From positions 35,836,001 through 35,900,000 of the forward strand of contig OZ024741.1 of the NCBI GenBank assembly GCA_964016885.1: a stretch of 64,000 nucleotides of DNA, in the 5' to 3' direction. This DNA comes from Eledone cirrhosa. Its lineage: Eukaryota. The translations under genes and the position numbers were made by a program. Below, one piece after another: positions 13,578 through 24,973 of the stretch. Below the pieces are notes generated by a model that was not told the DNA's origin, ran no database searches, and was given only the letters and a program-made list of their open reading frames with translations. Each line of letters starts with the position of its first letter. The first letter of the stretch is position 1.

Positions 13578-14813
13578 ATATATTAACAAATGGAAACTAT
13601 ATTTATAAAACCATATTTATTTCATTATACATATTTATTTCAAGGACACCAAGTTAAATTATGGTGTGCTTTCATCAGATAAAATATAATATAGATCAGT
13701 TTTATAAATAAATATTGACATACCCTTAAAGAATGTGACCATTCCTATGTGGAGGTTGTGTATATATATATATATATGCATACAACTCGAATGCACTTGA
13801 TTATAAAGGTTTTCTTAAGGTTCGTGATAAACAAACTTATATAATAACAGTCACAACTACATAACAGGTGGATTTATAAAATTTATTAAATAATATAAGG
13901 TTTCTATAATAACATAAGGTTTGTATAATCTTAAATTTCCTTTATTATCTTAACATTTATAACATTTAATATAAGTAAATAACTTAATTTCCTTCACGCT
14001 GTTTTGTTATTACATAGAAATGATTTTCTCCGGTTTCTCTGAAAAATCTATAAGTTTAGGAAAATTCCTATATCTTAAACATAAAAAGTCCTTTATTATA
14101 TGTATGTATATGTATGTATGTGTAGGTATATATATATTTATATGTATATATATGTATGTGTGCGTATGTATATATATGAATTTATTCTTTTAATAATATA
14201 TAGTTTTAATAATATATAAACTTTTTAATAATATATAGATCTCAATTTTTAATGTATAGATCTCAATAATTTAATGGATAATTTAATTGATAAACTAAAC
14301 ATTTAATCATATTTAAACACTGGTTAAAATTCTCCTGTTATTATTTATTTATTTTCCATTCAGACTTATTTACTCTTCTTTACTCATCCAATAAATATTT
14401 ATTTTTTCACTTCATCTTAAAAGTTACGCTAATACAACCTATCACTTAGAGCTTTCTCTTTCTCTTTTCTTCTCTTTCTCTTTCTCTTGTTTTCTTATTT
14501 TCCTCTTAGAGTTTGCTCTTTTTTTCTCTTTCTTTTCCTTCCCTTTCTCTATACCTCAACGGCTTATTTTAAATCTACTGTGATTTAAAAATATCCGACA
14601 CTAATTTGCATAATAATATAAATAAATGTATAACCCCACTATCCGGGAGCTTCCAACAGGAATGGTCGCATTCTTTAAGGGTATGTCAATATTTATTTAT
14701 AAAACTGATCTATATTATATTTTATCTGATGAAAGCACACCGTAATTTAACTTGGTGTCCTTGAAATATGTATAATGAAATAAATATGGTTTTATAAATA
14801 TAGTTTTCATTTG

Positions 14814-14823
<10 letters not shown>
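13578..14823. repeat. ~175-bp inverted repeat pair (13578-13757 / 14648-14823), each arm with a hammerhead-like motif; probable decayed Penelope-like inverted pLTR structure
   Basis: Arms are near-exact reverse complements; CTGATGA-stem-GAAA at 14726-14766 (+) and 13638-13678 (-). Confidence 0.7.
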
Positions 14824-14898
<75 letters not shown>

Positions 14899-15115
14899 AT
14901 TATATATATATTATATATATTTATATATATATATATATATATTATATATATTTATATATATATATTATATATATATATTATATATATATTATATATATTT
15001 ATATATATATAATATATATATTATATATATTTATATATATATATATTATATATATTTATATATATATATTTATATATATATATTTATATATTATATATAT
15101 TTATATATATATATT

Positions 15116-15154
<39 letters not shown>

Positions 15155-15541
15155 ATATATATTATATATATTTATATATATATATATATATATTATATAT
15201 ATTTATATATATATATTTATATATATATATTTATATATATATATATATATTATATATATTTATATATATATATATATATATTATATATATTTATATATAT
15301 ATATTTATATATATATATTTATATATATATATATATATATTATATATATTTATATATATATATTTATATATATATATTTATATATATATATTTATATATA
15401 TATATTTATATATATATATATATATATTATATATATTTATATATATATATATATATATTATATATATTTATATATATATATTTATATATATATATTTATA
15501 TATATATATATTTATATATATATATATATATTATATATATT

Positions 15542-15573
<32 letters not shown>

Positions 15574-15814
15574 ATATATATGTATATATATTATATATAT
15601 ATTATATATATTTATATATATTTATATATATGTATATATATTATATATATATTATATATATTTATATATATATATATATATATTATATATATTTATATAT
15701 ATATATTATATATATATTATATATATTTATATATATATATATATATATTATATATATTTATATATATATATTATATATATATTATATATATATTTATATA
15801 TATATATTTATATA

Positions 15815-15846
<32 letters not shown>

Positions 15847-15909
15847 CTATATATATATATATATATTATATATATATATATATCTATATATATATATATA
15901 TATTATATA

Positions 15910-15948
<39 letters not shown>

Positions 15949-15986
15949 ATATATATATCTATATATATATATATATATATTATATA

Positions 15987-16048
<62 letters not shown>
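14817..16048. repeat. Long imperfect (AT)n microsatellite
   Basis: Direct reading; similar tracts at 20122-20470 and 21623-22159. Confidence 0.97.
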
Positions 16049-16248
16049 NNNNNNNNNNNNNNNNNNNNNNNNNNNNNNNNNNNNNNNNNNNNNNNNNNNN
16101 NNNNNNNNNNNNNNNNNNNNNNNNNNNNNNNNNNNNNNNNNNNNNNNNNNNNNNNNNNNNNNNNNNNNNNNNNNNNNNNNNNNNNNNNNNNNNNNNNNNN
16201 NNNNNNNNNNNNNNNNNNNNNNNNNNNNNNNNNNNNNNNNNNNNNNNN
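16049..16248. other. Assembly gap (200 N)
   Basis: Run of N. Confidence 1.
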
Positions 16249-16250
16249 AT

Positions 16251-19200
16251 CGGGATACTATAGAGTATACCAATAGATATCCCGACAAAATTGACGGTAT
16301 CAACATGGCCGACACCTCATTATCTGAAGAGTTCAACAATAAAAATACCAACATTTATGGAAACACGAAAATAGATAATAATGAAATGTCTGTGTTACGT
16401 CTGCCACCCAAATTTGCGACATTCAAGAAGGTAAATATGATTAGTTGTCTGTCAGAAATAGAAAAATCATTTACGAAACTACGCTGGAGCATCAAAAACA
16501 AAAACAAAAGCAACAATATACGCACACACATATACAACACACATCCCAACAACAACAGACACACAGACACAAACAACAATAACAACAACAATAGCAACAT
16601 ACCCAGATACAATACCAACAATAGCAACATACCCAGATACAACAGACACGCAGACACAAACAACAATAACAACACACACGGAGACAACAATAACAACAAC
16701 ACACACATCAACAACAACAACAACAGCAACATACCCAGATACAACAACAACAGACACGCAAACACAAACAACAATAACAACACACACAACAACGATAACA
16801 CACACACACACGGAGACAACAACACACATCAACAACAACACACATCAACAACAACAACACACACACATTCAATGCCTCTCACCACCACTACAATCTTAAC
16901 AAACACACAGACACAGAAAACAAGTAATGACAGTAGCACAGAAATCAGAGAAATAAGAGAAAGTAATAGGATTAAAAGGAGTAGGGAGACTAAGGACAAA
17001 GAGAATAACCAAGACGAACACACAGACACACAAAATAGGGTAGATAACAACATTGAGCCAGTGGAAAGAGACAGGAGTAATTATGAGAGACATAGAAACA
17101 ACCATGAAGCTGAGGCTGCTGCTGTTGGTGGAAATAGAAACAACACAACTAACAATAGCGCAAGTACACATAAAGCAGCAGCCTGGAACTCTCCGTTTTA
17201 TAATCCCTCCGATAAATCATTCGACCTACGACGAGTCCACGCCACGACTTTGCCATTTAACAAACGCACGCAGTTGCCGTCGCAGGTCGATGAACAAACA
17301 GAAGCACAATTTAGTATAGCTAAATCCGAACTTAGAAATATTATAGAACAGTATAGCAAGAAGCATAATAGAATAGAGGCCCAGCAACTGGGAGAAGAAT
17401 CTGCAAATGGCTTGCGTAAGCTCATGCAGCGCTCGCGTAATGGAGAGATAGCATGCTTTCCAACAGACAAGTCTGGCAGAATGTCGGTTGACAGCCTGCC
17501 AAACTACATCCAGGCAATGCAACCCCACATCACTAACACAAGAGAGGTAACACCACAGGAGCATGAGGACAGAGAAAAAACCCTCAATGCCCATATGGTG
17601 ATGTGGACAAATATAATGCAGCCCAACAAAAGGACTGCCAACAACTTCCAGGCCTGGAACAATGACGTGCCGGCGTTGTATGGGCTTCGAAAGGACCATA
17701 AAACGGGCTGGGACCCTGTCGCGGGACCACCAACACGGCCAGTCTGTGGGGCTAACATTGCTAGTAACTACAGACTGTCCTACTTCCTCTCCCTGATCAT
17801 ACGCCCCATCATTGAGATGTCCCCAGATGTGTGTGACAGCACGGAGGACCTCCTCAGCAGAATCGACGCGGGTAACCGATCTGGGGACCTAACAAACTGC
17901 ATAATAGGCAGTATGGATGTTGTGTCCCTGTATCCATCTATTGACGTGGATTTTGCTGTGGAGAAATGCGTCGAAATGATCAGCGAGAGCAAGGTTGAGT
18001 TCCGTGGGATTGATACCAGTGAGCTGGGACTTCTACTTAAGCTTACCCATAGTAATAGTTACCTAGACACTTATGACCTTAGCAACCTGTGCCCTACAAG
18101 ACCAGCAAGAGGCAGACCACCTACCATTACCTCAATGGCCAAGAAAACCCACACAGATAGATGGAACGGGTGGACCAGAGCCATACGGACACCCGAAAAC
18201 CACGATGAACTGAAGAAAATGATTGCACATGCGGTAGGGGCCAGCATAAAATTAACCCTTAAGGAACATATGTTCAAATTTAATGGTAAAACATATGCCC
18301 AAGAGGAAGGAGCAGCCATTGGTGTTAGCATTGCAGGCGACATAGCTAACTTGTTCATGGTATGGTGGGACAGTAGACTTAAACAAAAACTTAAAGAACA
18401 ATTAGAAGACAGATTAACCCTGATAATGTACTCCCGCTACGTAGATGATATAAACATCGTAGTTAAGACACCCCCACTAAAGAACAGTCAGGAACCTGAG
18501 AAAAACACAATGGAAAGCATCCAGCAAATAGCAAACTCCATCCACCAGAGCATTAGAGTTACTATAGACTACCCAAGTAGACACCCCAACCATCGATTAC
18601 CTGTACTAGACACAGAGCTCTGGTTAGATACTATTAACAACCAAAAACAAATCCTCCATTCCCATTATGCCAAACCCATGACTTCCAAACATCTGATCCA
18701 CCGAAACTCGGCCATTTCGGACCATACCAAAATCAACATACTGATTGCGGATTTGATACGGGTGATGAGAAATGTGTCCCGCATGTGCAACCCCGAAGAA
18801 CTAGAGAGACACATACAACACTTCATCCACCGTATGCAGTTCTCTGGCTACAATCAGAGAGATAGAATCAGAGTGTATAAAGGAGCCAGAACCAAATGGG
18901 AAAAAATGGTAAATAATGACATAAATGGGACCTGCCCCTTGTATAGGAGCAAATTTTGGAATAGAATAGAAAGAACTAAGAACAAGGCCAATAGAATAAA
19001 CTCATGGTATGATAGCAATAAATACCAGAGTGTAATGTTCATCAATACAACCCCTAGAGGTGAACTAGCCTACAAATTTAGAAGGGCCCTAAAGAAACAT
19101 AATCTCAATATTAAGATAGTAGAAAGACCTGGTACCTCCGTAAAAACACTTATTAGCAAGACATACCCGTTCCAAAGACCCTCATGTATAGATAAGAAAT

Positions 19201-19568
19201 GTATAACCTGTAAAATAAGCCCCCATATTAACTGTAAAACTAGAAATGTAGTATATAGCATAAGATGTACTGAGGGACAATGTAGAAACAAAAATATAGT
19301 GTACATAGGTGAGACAGCTCGTAGTATAGGGGAACGAATAAATGAACACTGGCGAGACCTCCAAGATACTAAAGAATCATCTGTGCTCTACCAACATGCT
19401 AAGATAGAACACAGGGGTAAATTAGAGAGCATAGAAATAAAAATAGAATCCACACACAAGAAAGACGCAATGTTTAGGCAAATTACAGAGGCAGTAAGCA
19501 TAAAAGAATTAAAACCAAAATTAAATAGAAAATATGAGTGGAACAGCAACATCACAACTTACAATTAA
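16251..19568 (+). CDS. Penelope-like RT / GIY-YIG endonuclease polyprotein (5' end in gap)
   Basis: Stop-free about 1100 codons after the gap: PTDKSG, LYGLRKDHK, RPV, SMDVVSLYPSI, GAAIG, RYVDD, LPVLDT; linker CIDKKCITC...C; VVYSIRC...C...YIGET.R...R..EH...H...H; E...I...P.LN. Confidence 0.92.
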   Translation, partial: RDTIEYTNRYPDKIDGINMADTSLSEEFNNKNTNIYGNTKIDNNEMSVLRLPPKFATFKKVNMISCLSEIEKSFTKLRWSIKNKNKSNNIRTHIYNTHPNNNRHTDTNNNNNNNSNIPRYNTNNSNIPRYNRHADTNNNNNTHGDNNNNNTHINNNNNSNIPRYNNNRHANTNNNNNTHNNDNTHTHGDNNTHQQQHTSTTTTHTHSMPLTTTTILTNTQTQKTSNDSSTEIREIRESNRIKRSRETKDKENNQDEHTDTQNRVDNNIEPVERDRSNYERHRNNHEAEAAAVGGNRNNTTNNSASTHKAAAWNSPFYNPSDKSFDLRRVHATTLPFNKRTQLPSQVDEQTEAQFSIAKSELRNIIEQYSKKHNRIEAQQLGEESANGLRKLMQRSRNGEIACFPTDKSGRMSVDSLPNYIQAMQPHITNTREVTPQEHEDREKTLNAHMVMWTNIMQPNKRTANNFQAWNNDVPALYGLRKDHKTGWDPVAGPPTRPVCGANIASNYRLSYFLSLIIRPIIEMSPDVCDSTEDLLSRIDAGNRSGDLTNCIIGSMDVVSLYPSIDVDFAVEKCVEMISESKVEFRGIDTSELGLLLKLTHSNSYLDTYDLSNLCPTRPARGRPPTITSMAKKTHTDRWNGWTRAIRTPENHDELKKMIAHAVGASIKLTLKEHMFKFNGKTYAQEEGAAIGVSIAGDIANLFMVWWDSRLKQKLKEQLEDRLTLIMYSRYVDDINIVVKTPPLKNSQEPEKNTMESIQQIANSIHQSIRVTIDYPSRHPNHRLPVLDTELWLDTINNQKQILHSHYAKPMTSKHLIHRNSAISDHTKINILIADLIRVMRNVSRMCNPEELERHIQHFIHRMQFSGYNQRDRIRVYKGARTKWEKMVNNDINGTCPLYRSKFWNRIERTKNKANRINSWYDSNKYQSVMFINTTPRGELAYKFRRALKKHNLNIKIVERPGTSVKTLISKTYPFQRPSCIDKKCITCKISPHINCKTRNVVYSIRCTEGQCRNKNIVYIGETARSIGERINEHWRDLQDTKESSVLYQHAKIEHRGKLESIEIKIESTHKKDAMFRQITEAVSIKELKPKLNRKYEWNSNITTYN

Positions 19569-19862
19569 GGACAAAATGAAAACACACACACATATATAAA
19601 CAACTTACAATTGAAAACACACACAAAATGAAAACACACACAAGACAAAATGAAAACACACACACACATAGAACAAACAACCAACCAACAATAAATAAAT
19701 AAATAAACAAACAAATATAAATAGAAAAATAGAAAAATGAACACAAACACACACAGACACCCGGATGTGGCGCATGCGCAAACTGAGCACGCAACCCACA
19801 CACAAACAAAATGGCGTAGGATAGAAGAAAGGAAAGGCACAGAAACGAAGAAAGAAATCCCC

Positions 19863-19907
19863 AGTCACTGAAGAGGTCACAGAGTGTGTGACGAAAGAAC
19901 TATGACT
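19863..19907 (+). ncRNA. Minimal type I hammerhead ribozyme in the PLE 3' region
   Basis: AGTCA-CTGAAGA-G-GTCACA-gagtg-TGTGAC-GAAA-GAAC-TA-TGACT: 5-bp stem I, 6-bp stem II, core boxes present, very short stem III. Confidence 0.8.
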
Positions 19908-20122
19908 ATATATATATAAACAACTATCTGGTTGTGGAACCAACCAACCAACCAGAAATTTATAAATTTGTAAATTTATAAATATATATTAAATTAAATT
20001 GAAGTGAAAGCAACTGGTGCGTGTGTTTCTTATTGGCAACATGACCCTCCCAAAGTATAACAATATCGGTTTCAACACACGATTTCAGATAAAGAATCTT
20101 GCTAAACAAATTCAGAAACGAA

Positions 20123-20190
<68 letters not shown>

Positions 20191-20201
20191 ATATATATAT
20201 A

Positions 20202-20241
<40 letters not shown>

Positions 20242-20291
20242 TATATATATATAATATATATATAATATATATAATATATACATATATATTT

Positions 20292-20340
<49 letters not shown>

Positions 20341-20409
20341 TAATATATATATATATATATAATATATATATAATATATATAATATATATATATATATTTA
20401 TATATATAT

Positions 20410-20454
<45 letters not shown>

Positions 20455-20470
20455 ATATATATATATATAT

Positions 20471-21622
20471 GTGTGTAGGAAAGGCGTAGGTAGAAACTCC
20501 ATTTTGTGTCCTAAATGCAAAGTATGGGTGCATAAAAGATGTAGTGGGATCACAGGTAAGCTAACTAAGAACATAGATTTTACATGTGGCCGGTGTTCTG
20601 GTGCAATAAGTAGCAGCAAGTGCCCACACAATACTAGCTCTTTCAATTGCGCAGAGGGTTCTATAGAAATAGTGGACAGCTTCCGTTACCTGGGCGATAA
20701 AATCAGCAGTGGGGGAGGGTGCTCTGAAAGTACTGTAGCTAGAGTCAGAACTGGTTGGAAAAAGTTCAGAGAGCTTATACCACTATTAGCTGCTAAAGGG
20801 TTCTCCCTAAAAATGAAAGGCAGGTTGTACGATGCCTGCATACGAACAGCAATGTTGCATGGCAGTGAGACCTGGGCATTGTGTGCAGAGGATATACGCA
20901 GACTAGAGAGGAACGAAGCTTGCATGCTCCGCTGGATGTGTAACAGTAATATACGTGAACGGCAAAGCATAAACGAACTAAGGAAAAAATTAGAGATAAG
21001 AGGGATCAGATGTTGTTTACTCGAGAGAAGGCTACGTTGGTATGGACACGTGATGCGCATGAAAGTCGATAGCTGTATAACAAAGTGCAGGGCAATAAAG
21101 ATAGACGGTAGCCACGGAATAGGCAGACCTAGAAAAACCTGGGACGAGCTGATAAAATCCGACCTCACACACTTACACCTCTCCAAGACAATGTCACTGG
21201 ACCGAGACCTTTGGCGGTACTCAGTAACAGAGAAGACCCGCCTTGCCAGTAGGCATCTCTAACAAAATACACCCCGTCCCACCACCACCACCCCCACCCC
21301 ATCCACACCACCCCGTCCTATGTAAAGTTATGTTGGTGCCGCGCCATCCGGGCCGAAACAAATGAGATCGTGTAGGTGTCACGACAAAAAAACACACAGT
21401 CCACGCTGTAATGTGGCCGTGTAGGCAACACGGTAAAAACCTCCCAGACCCACACTGTAAATGTGGTTGGTGTTAGGAAGGGCATCCAACTGTAGAAAAC
21501 CTGCCAGACAGTCCTATGCGAGCAAGACAATCACTCTTGCCTCAAGTGGGACTACCCCCGTCCAAACCCATGCAAGCGTGGAACACGGACGTTAAACGTT
21601 GATGATGATGATGATGATGATG
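20471..21622 (+). mobile_element. 5'-truncated RTE-clade LINE (ORF2 C-terminus with PHD-like finger, 3' UTR, (GAT)n tail)
   Basis: ORF 20471-21262: FRYLG, LYDACIRTAMLHGSETW, RRLRWYGHVMRM, GRPRKTW; ends GGACGTTAAAC..(GAT)n. Confidence 0.9.
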
Positions 21623-21635
21623 ATATATATATATA

Positions 21636-21666
<31 letters not shown>

Positions 21667-21677
21667 ATATATATATT

Positions 21678-21711
<34 letters not shown>

Positions 21712-21728
21712 ATATATATATTTATATA

Positions 21729-21759
<31 letters not shown>

Positions 21760-21770
21760 ATATATATATT

Positions 21771-21889
<119 letters not shown>

Positions 21890-21955
21890 ATATATATATA
21901 TTATATATATATATATTACATATATTATATATATATATATTATATATATATATAT

Positions 21956-21986
<31 letters not shown>

Positions 21987-22100
21987 ATTATATATATATA
22001 TTATATATATATATATATTATATATATATTATATATATATTATATATATATATATTATATATATATATTATATATATATATATATTATATATATATTATA

Positions 22101-22162
<62 letters not shown>

Positions 22163-22292
22163 CACTCACTGTAAATGAGGTTGGTGTTAGGAAGGGCATC
22201 CAGCTGTAGAAATCAAGCCAGAATCAGTTCCCGTCCCACCCTTGCAAGCAGGGAAAAGCGGACGTAAAATGAAATGATGATGATGAAATGAT

Positions 22293-22613
22293 AGGCACAT
22301 GGCTTAGTAGTTAGAGCATTGGCCTTGCAATCGAAAGGTTGTGAGTTCAATTCTCAGACCGGGTGATGTGTTGTTTCCTTGAGTAAGACATTTTATTTCA
22401 CATTGCTCCAGCTGTAGAAATGAGATGATAGGGTCTGGGGTCCATATCATTCCACTGCAAAGTGGCCGTGGAGGTGCCACGGCAAACAACCACCCAGCAC
22501 TCACTGTAAATGAGGTTGGTGTTAGGAAGGGCATCCAGCTGTAGAAATCAAGCCAGCATCAGTTCCCGTCCCACCCTTGCAAGCAGGGATAAAGCGGACG
22601 TAAAATGAAATGA

Positions 22614-22620
<7 letters not shown>
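22293..22620 (+). mobile_element. tRNA-derived SINE with RTE-derived 3' tail
   Basis: A box TGGCTTAGTAGTTAGAGC, B box GAGTTCAATTCT, tail GGTTGGTGTTAGGAAGGGCATCCAGC..GGACGTAAAATGAAATGA; extra tail-only copy at about 22160-22290. Confidence 0.85.
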
Positions 22621-22644
<24 letters not shown>

Positions 22645-23069
22645 CTAGTCTATTTCCATGTGAGTATTGGTTGAGTGAATGTCACTGATTAAAGATTAAC
22701 AAATCTTGAAACAGTGCTGTCTGACATTGTTGACAGCTACTCACTCTCTGTGATGTGTTCACACTGGAAAATAGAGAAGAATTTTTTTGTTATGAAAAAG
22801 GCTACCAATATGTTTATTGTACATAAACATATAGTATGTGTTTTCATTACACCCTTATTATGGATCCATGTGTATGTCCATACCACTCAATTGGTGGTGT
22901 TGGTTTATGTTCTGTAACTTAGCTCAACAAATAGAGATCGATGAAATAGGCACCAGACTTTCAAAAAAAGATAGGTGAGACTAAACCTACGATGATGTGG
23001 TTGTGAAACAAACCCCTAACCACACAGCCATATCTGTGCCTACATGAACTATTTGGCAAACTCCATCTG

Positions 23070-23262
23070 GTATGTGTGTGGTGTGGTATGGTGTTGTGTG
23101 GTATGGTGTGTGGTGTTGTGTGGTGTGGTATGGTGTGGTGTTGTGTGGTATGGTGTTGTGTTGTGTGGTATGGTGTTGTGTGGTGTGGTATGGTGTTGTG
23201 TGGTATGGTGTTGTGTGGTGTGGTATGGTGTTGTGTGGTGTGGTATGGTGTTGTGTGGTATG
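23070..23262. repeat. (TGTGG/TATGG/TGTTG)n pentamer-based minisatellite
   Basis: Direct reading. Confidence 0.9.
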
Positions 23263-24214
23263 TATCTGAGACCTAAGGGGTGTATTTCAACCTACAAAAT
23301 AATTGCAAAATATTTCTGGCTTTCATCTCATAAATGCTTCTTTCTTTGGCTTTTTACAGTATTGCAATGTATTTCAGACTAACAATGCACTAGAAACTGA
23401 TCTTTGGCACTGCTATGTGATATAGAAACTTAATATGAAAAATTAATGAAAAACCAAAGACCTGACAGTGAAATCTGTTTCAGTGAAATAACACAGAAGA
23501 CAGCATTATACAAAATATCAGGTCCTTATTAATCCTGTTCATACAAAAATACTAGGAACTGCTCTTGTTTCTATGGTTGAAAACCATTTTTTAAAGTGTC
23601 CATATTTAAATTTAATATAAGAAAATTTTGTTAGTATTAATAAAATCTTCACTTCGGTCTCTGTGCTAACCCTTACCTATCATCATGAATCTTGGTTAAT
23701 GACCAAAAGAATACGATCACGAATACAAGCAGCTGAAATAGGATTCCTCTGAAGAGTCTTTGGAGTAAAGTTACTCGATAAAGTACATAGCTTGGAAATC
23801 AGAAAGTAACTCCAGGTAGAGCTGCTACTTCTCTGAATTGAAAGATCACAGATCTGATACTATGGACATGTGGTTAGAATGTCTCAGGAAAGAATAGCTG
23901 GACAGATTTAACGTGCAAAACAAACCAGCAGGAGACCCAGGGGTGGACCCCAAGAAGATGGATGGATAACATCCATGGAGATCTAGCTGGATCTGTTGGA
24001 GATGGTTGCTTCTGACACGACCCACTGGAAGGAGTGTTTGAGGACTCTTCACCCACTAACCTCCCTGGAATAAGTGGGCAAAGACGAAGATTAATAACTC
24101 CCTCAAAATTCTTGATTATTTTCAAAATGAATTCAAAATCATAATGTCTTTTATTAGAAATTTGGTAACACATCTCTGTATCTGATTTGCAGAAGAAATA
24201 ATGCATTTTTTTCA

Positions 24215-24710
24215 GAAGGCTCCATAGAGTAGCTGATAGCGTCTGTTACCTAGGTGACTAAATTAGCAGTAGAGGTGGGTGTTCTGAAAGTACAGTAGCC
24301 AGAGTGAAAGTGGGATGGAGAAAGTTCAGGGAGCTTCTACTATTGCCAACTACAAAGGTAAATTGTATTATGCTTGTGTACAAACAGCAATGCTGCATGG
24401 AAAAGAGAACTGTGCACTATGTGCAAAGGATCTACAAAGTTTGGAAAGAAATGAAGTTTGCATGCTCCAATGGATGTATGGTAGTAATGTGCATGAATGA
24501 CAAAGTGTCAATGAACTGAGAGAGAAATGTTGCATAAGAGGGGTCAGATACAGTGTGCAGGAGAGGAAACTGCAGTGGTATGGACATGTGATGCATACGG
24601 AGGATGACATCTGTATAAAAAGATGCAGGACACTCAAAGTTGGCAGAAACTATGGAAGAGGAAGAACTTGGAAAAGTTGGGCTGAAGTTGCCCAATTAAA
24701 CCTCACAAAG
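24215..24710 (+). mobile_element. Decayed RTE LINE fragment followed by a tRNA-SINE head
   Basis: Frameshifted VGWRKFREL / TAMLHG / WYGHVM homology to 20471-21262; SINE head begins at about 24711. Confidence 0.75.
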
Positions 24711-24922
24711 GCATGTGGCTGAGTGGTTAGAGAATTGGATTCGCAATCGTGAGGTTGTGAGTTTGATTCCCGGACCGGGAAATGCGTTATGTCCTTGAGC
24801 AAGACACTTTATTTCATGTTGCTCCTTCTACCTGGAGTTGCGACTAATAGATAGTATTAGCAATTGGAAAAACCGATGCAAACATTGTTTCCTCGGTCCG
24901 ATTTGACGAAAGTTGATCGCTC

Positions 24923-24973
<51 letters not shown>

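Larger units (their letters stand above)
16249..20121 (+). mobile_element. Penelope-like retroelement, probably Naiad-type, bounded by (AT)n
   Basis: RT + C-terminal GIY-YIG ORF, 3' hammerhead motif, (AT)n immediately downstream and beyond the upstream gap. Confidence 0.9.

Noticed and set aside
14811-16250. N-terminal part of the 1585-aa ORF and other IY-repeat ORFs
   Set aside because: Translations of (AT)n and the N gap; not coding evidence
19569-19860. SECIS element in the PLE 3' UTR
   Set aside because: A/C-rich with no evident stem, and no in-frame UGA in the visible ORF
22293-22365. Functional tRNA gene
   Set aside because: A and B boxes are present but there is no convincing acceptor stem, and the sequence continues into a SINE body
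23044-23382. Cys/Trp-rich ORFs
   Set aside because: Translations of a pentamer minisatellite
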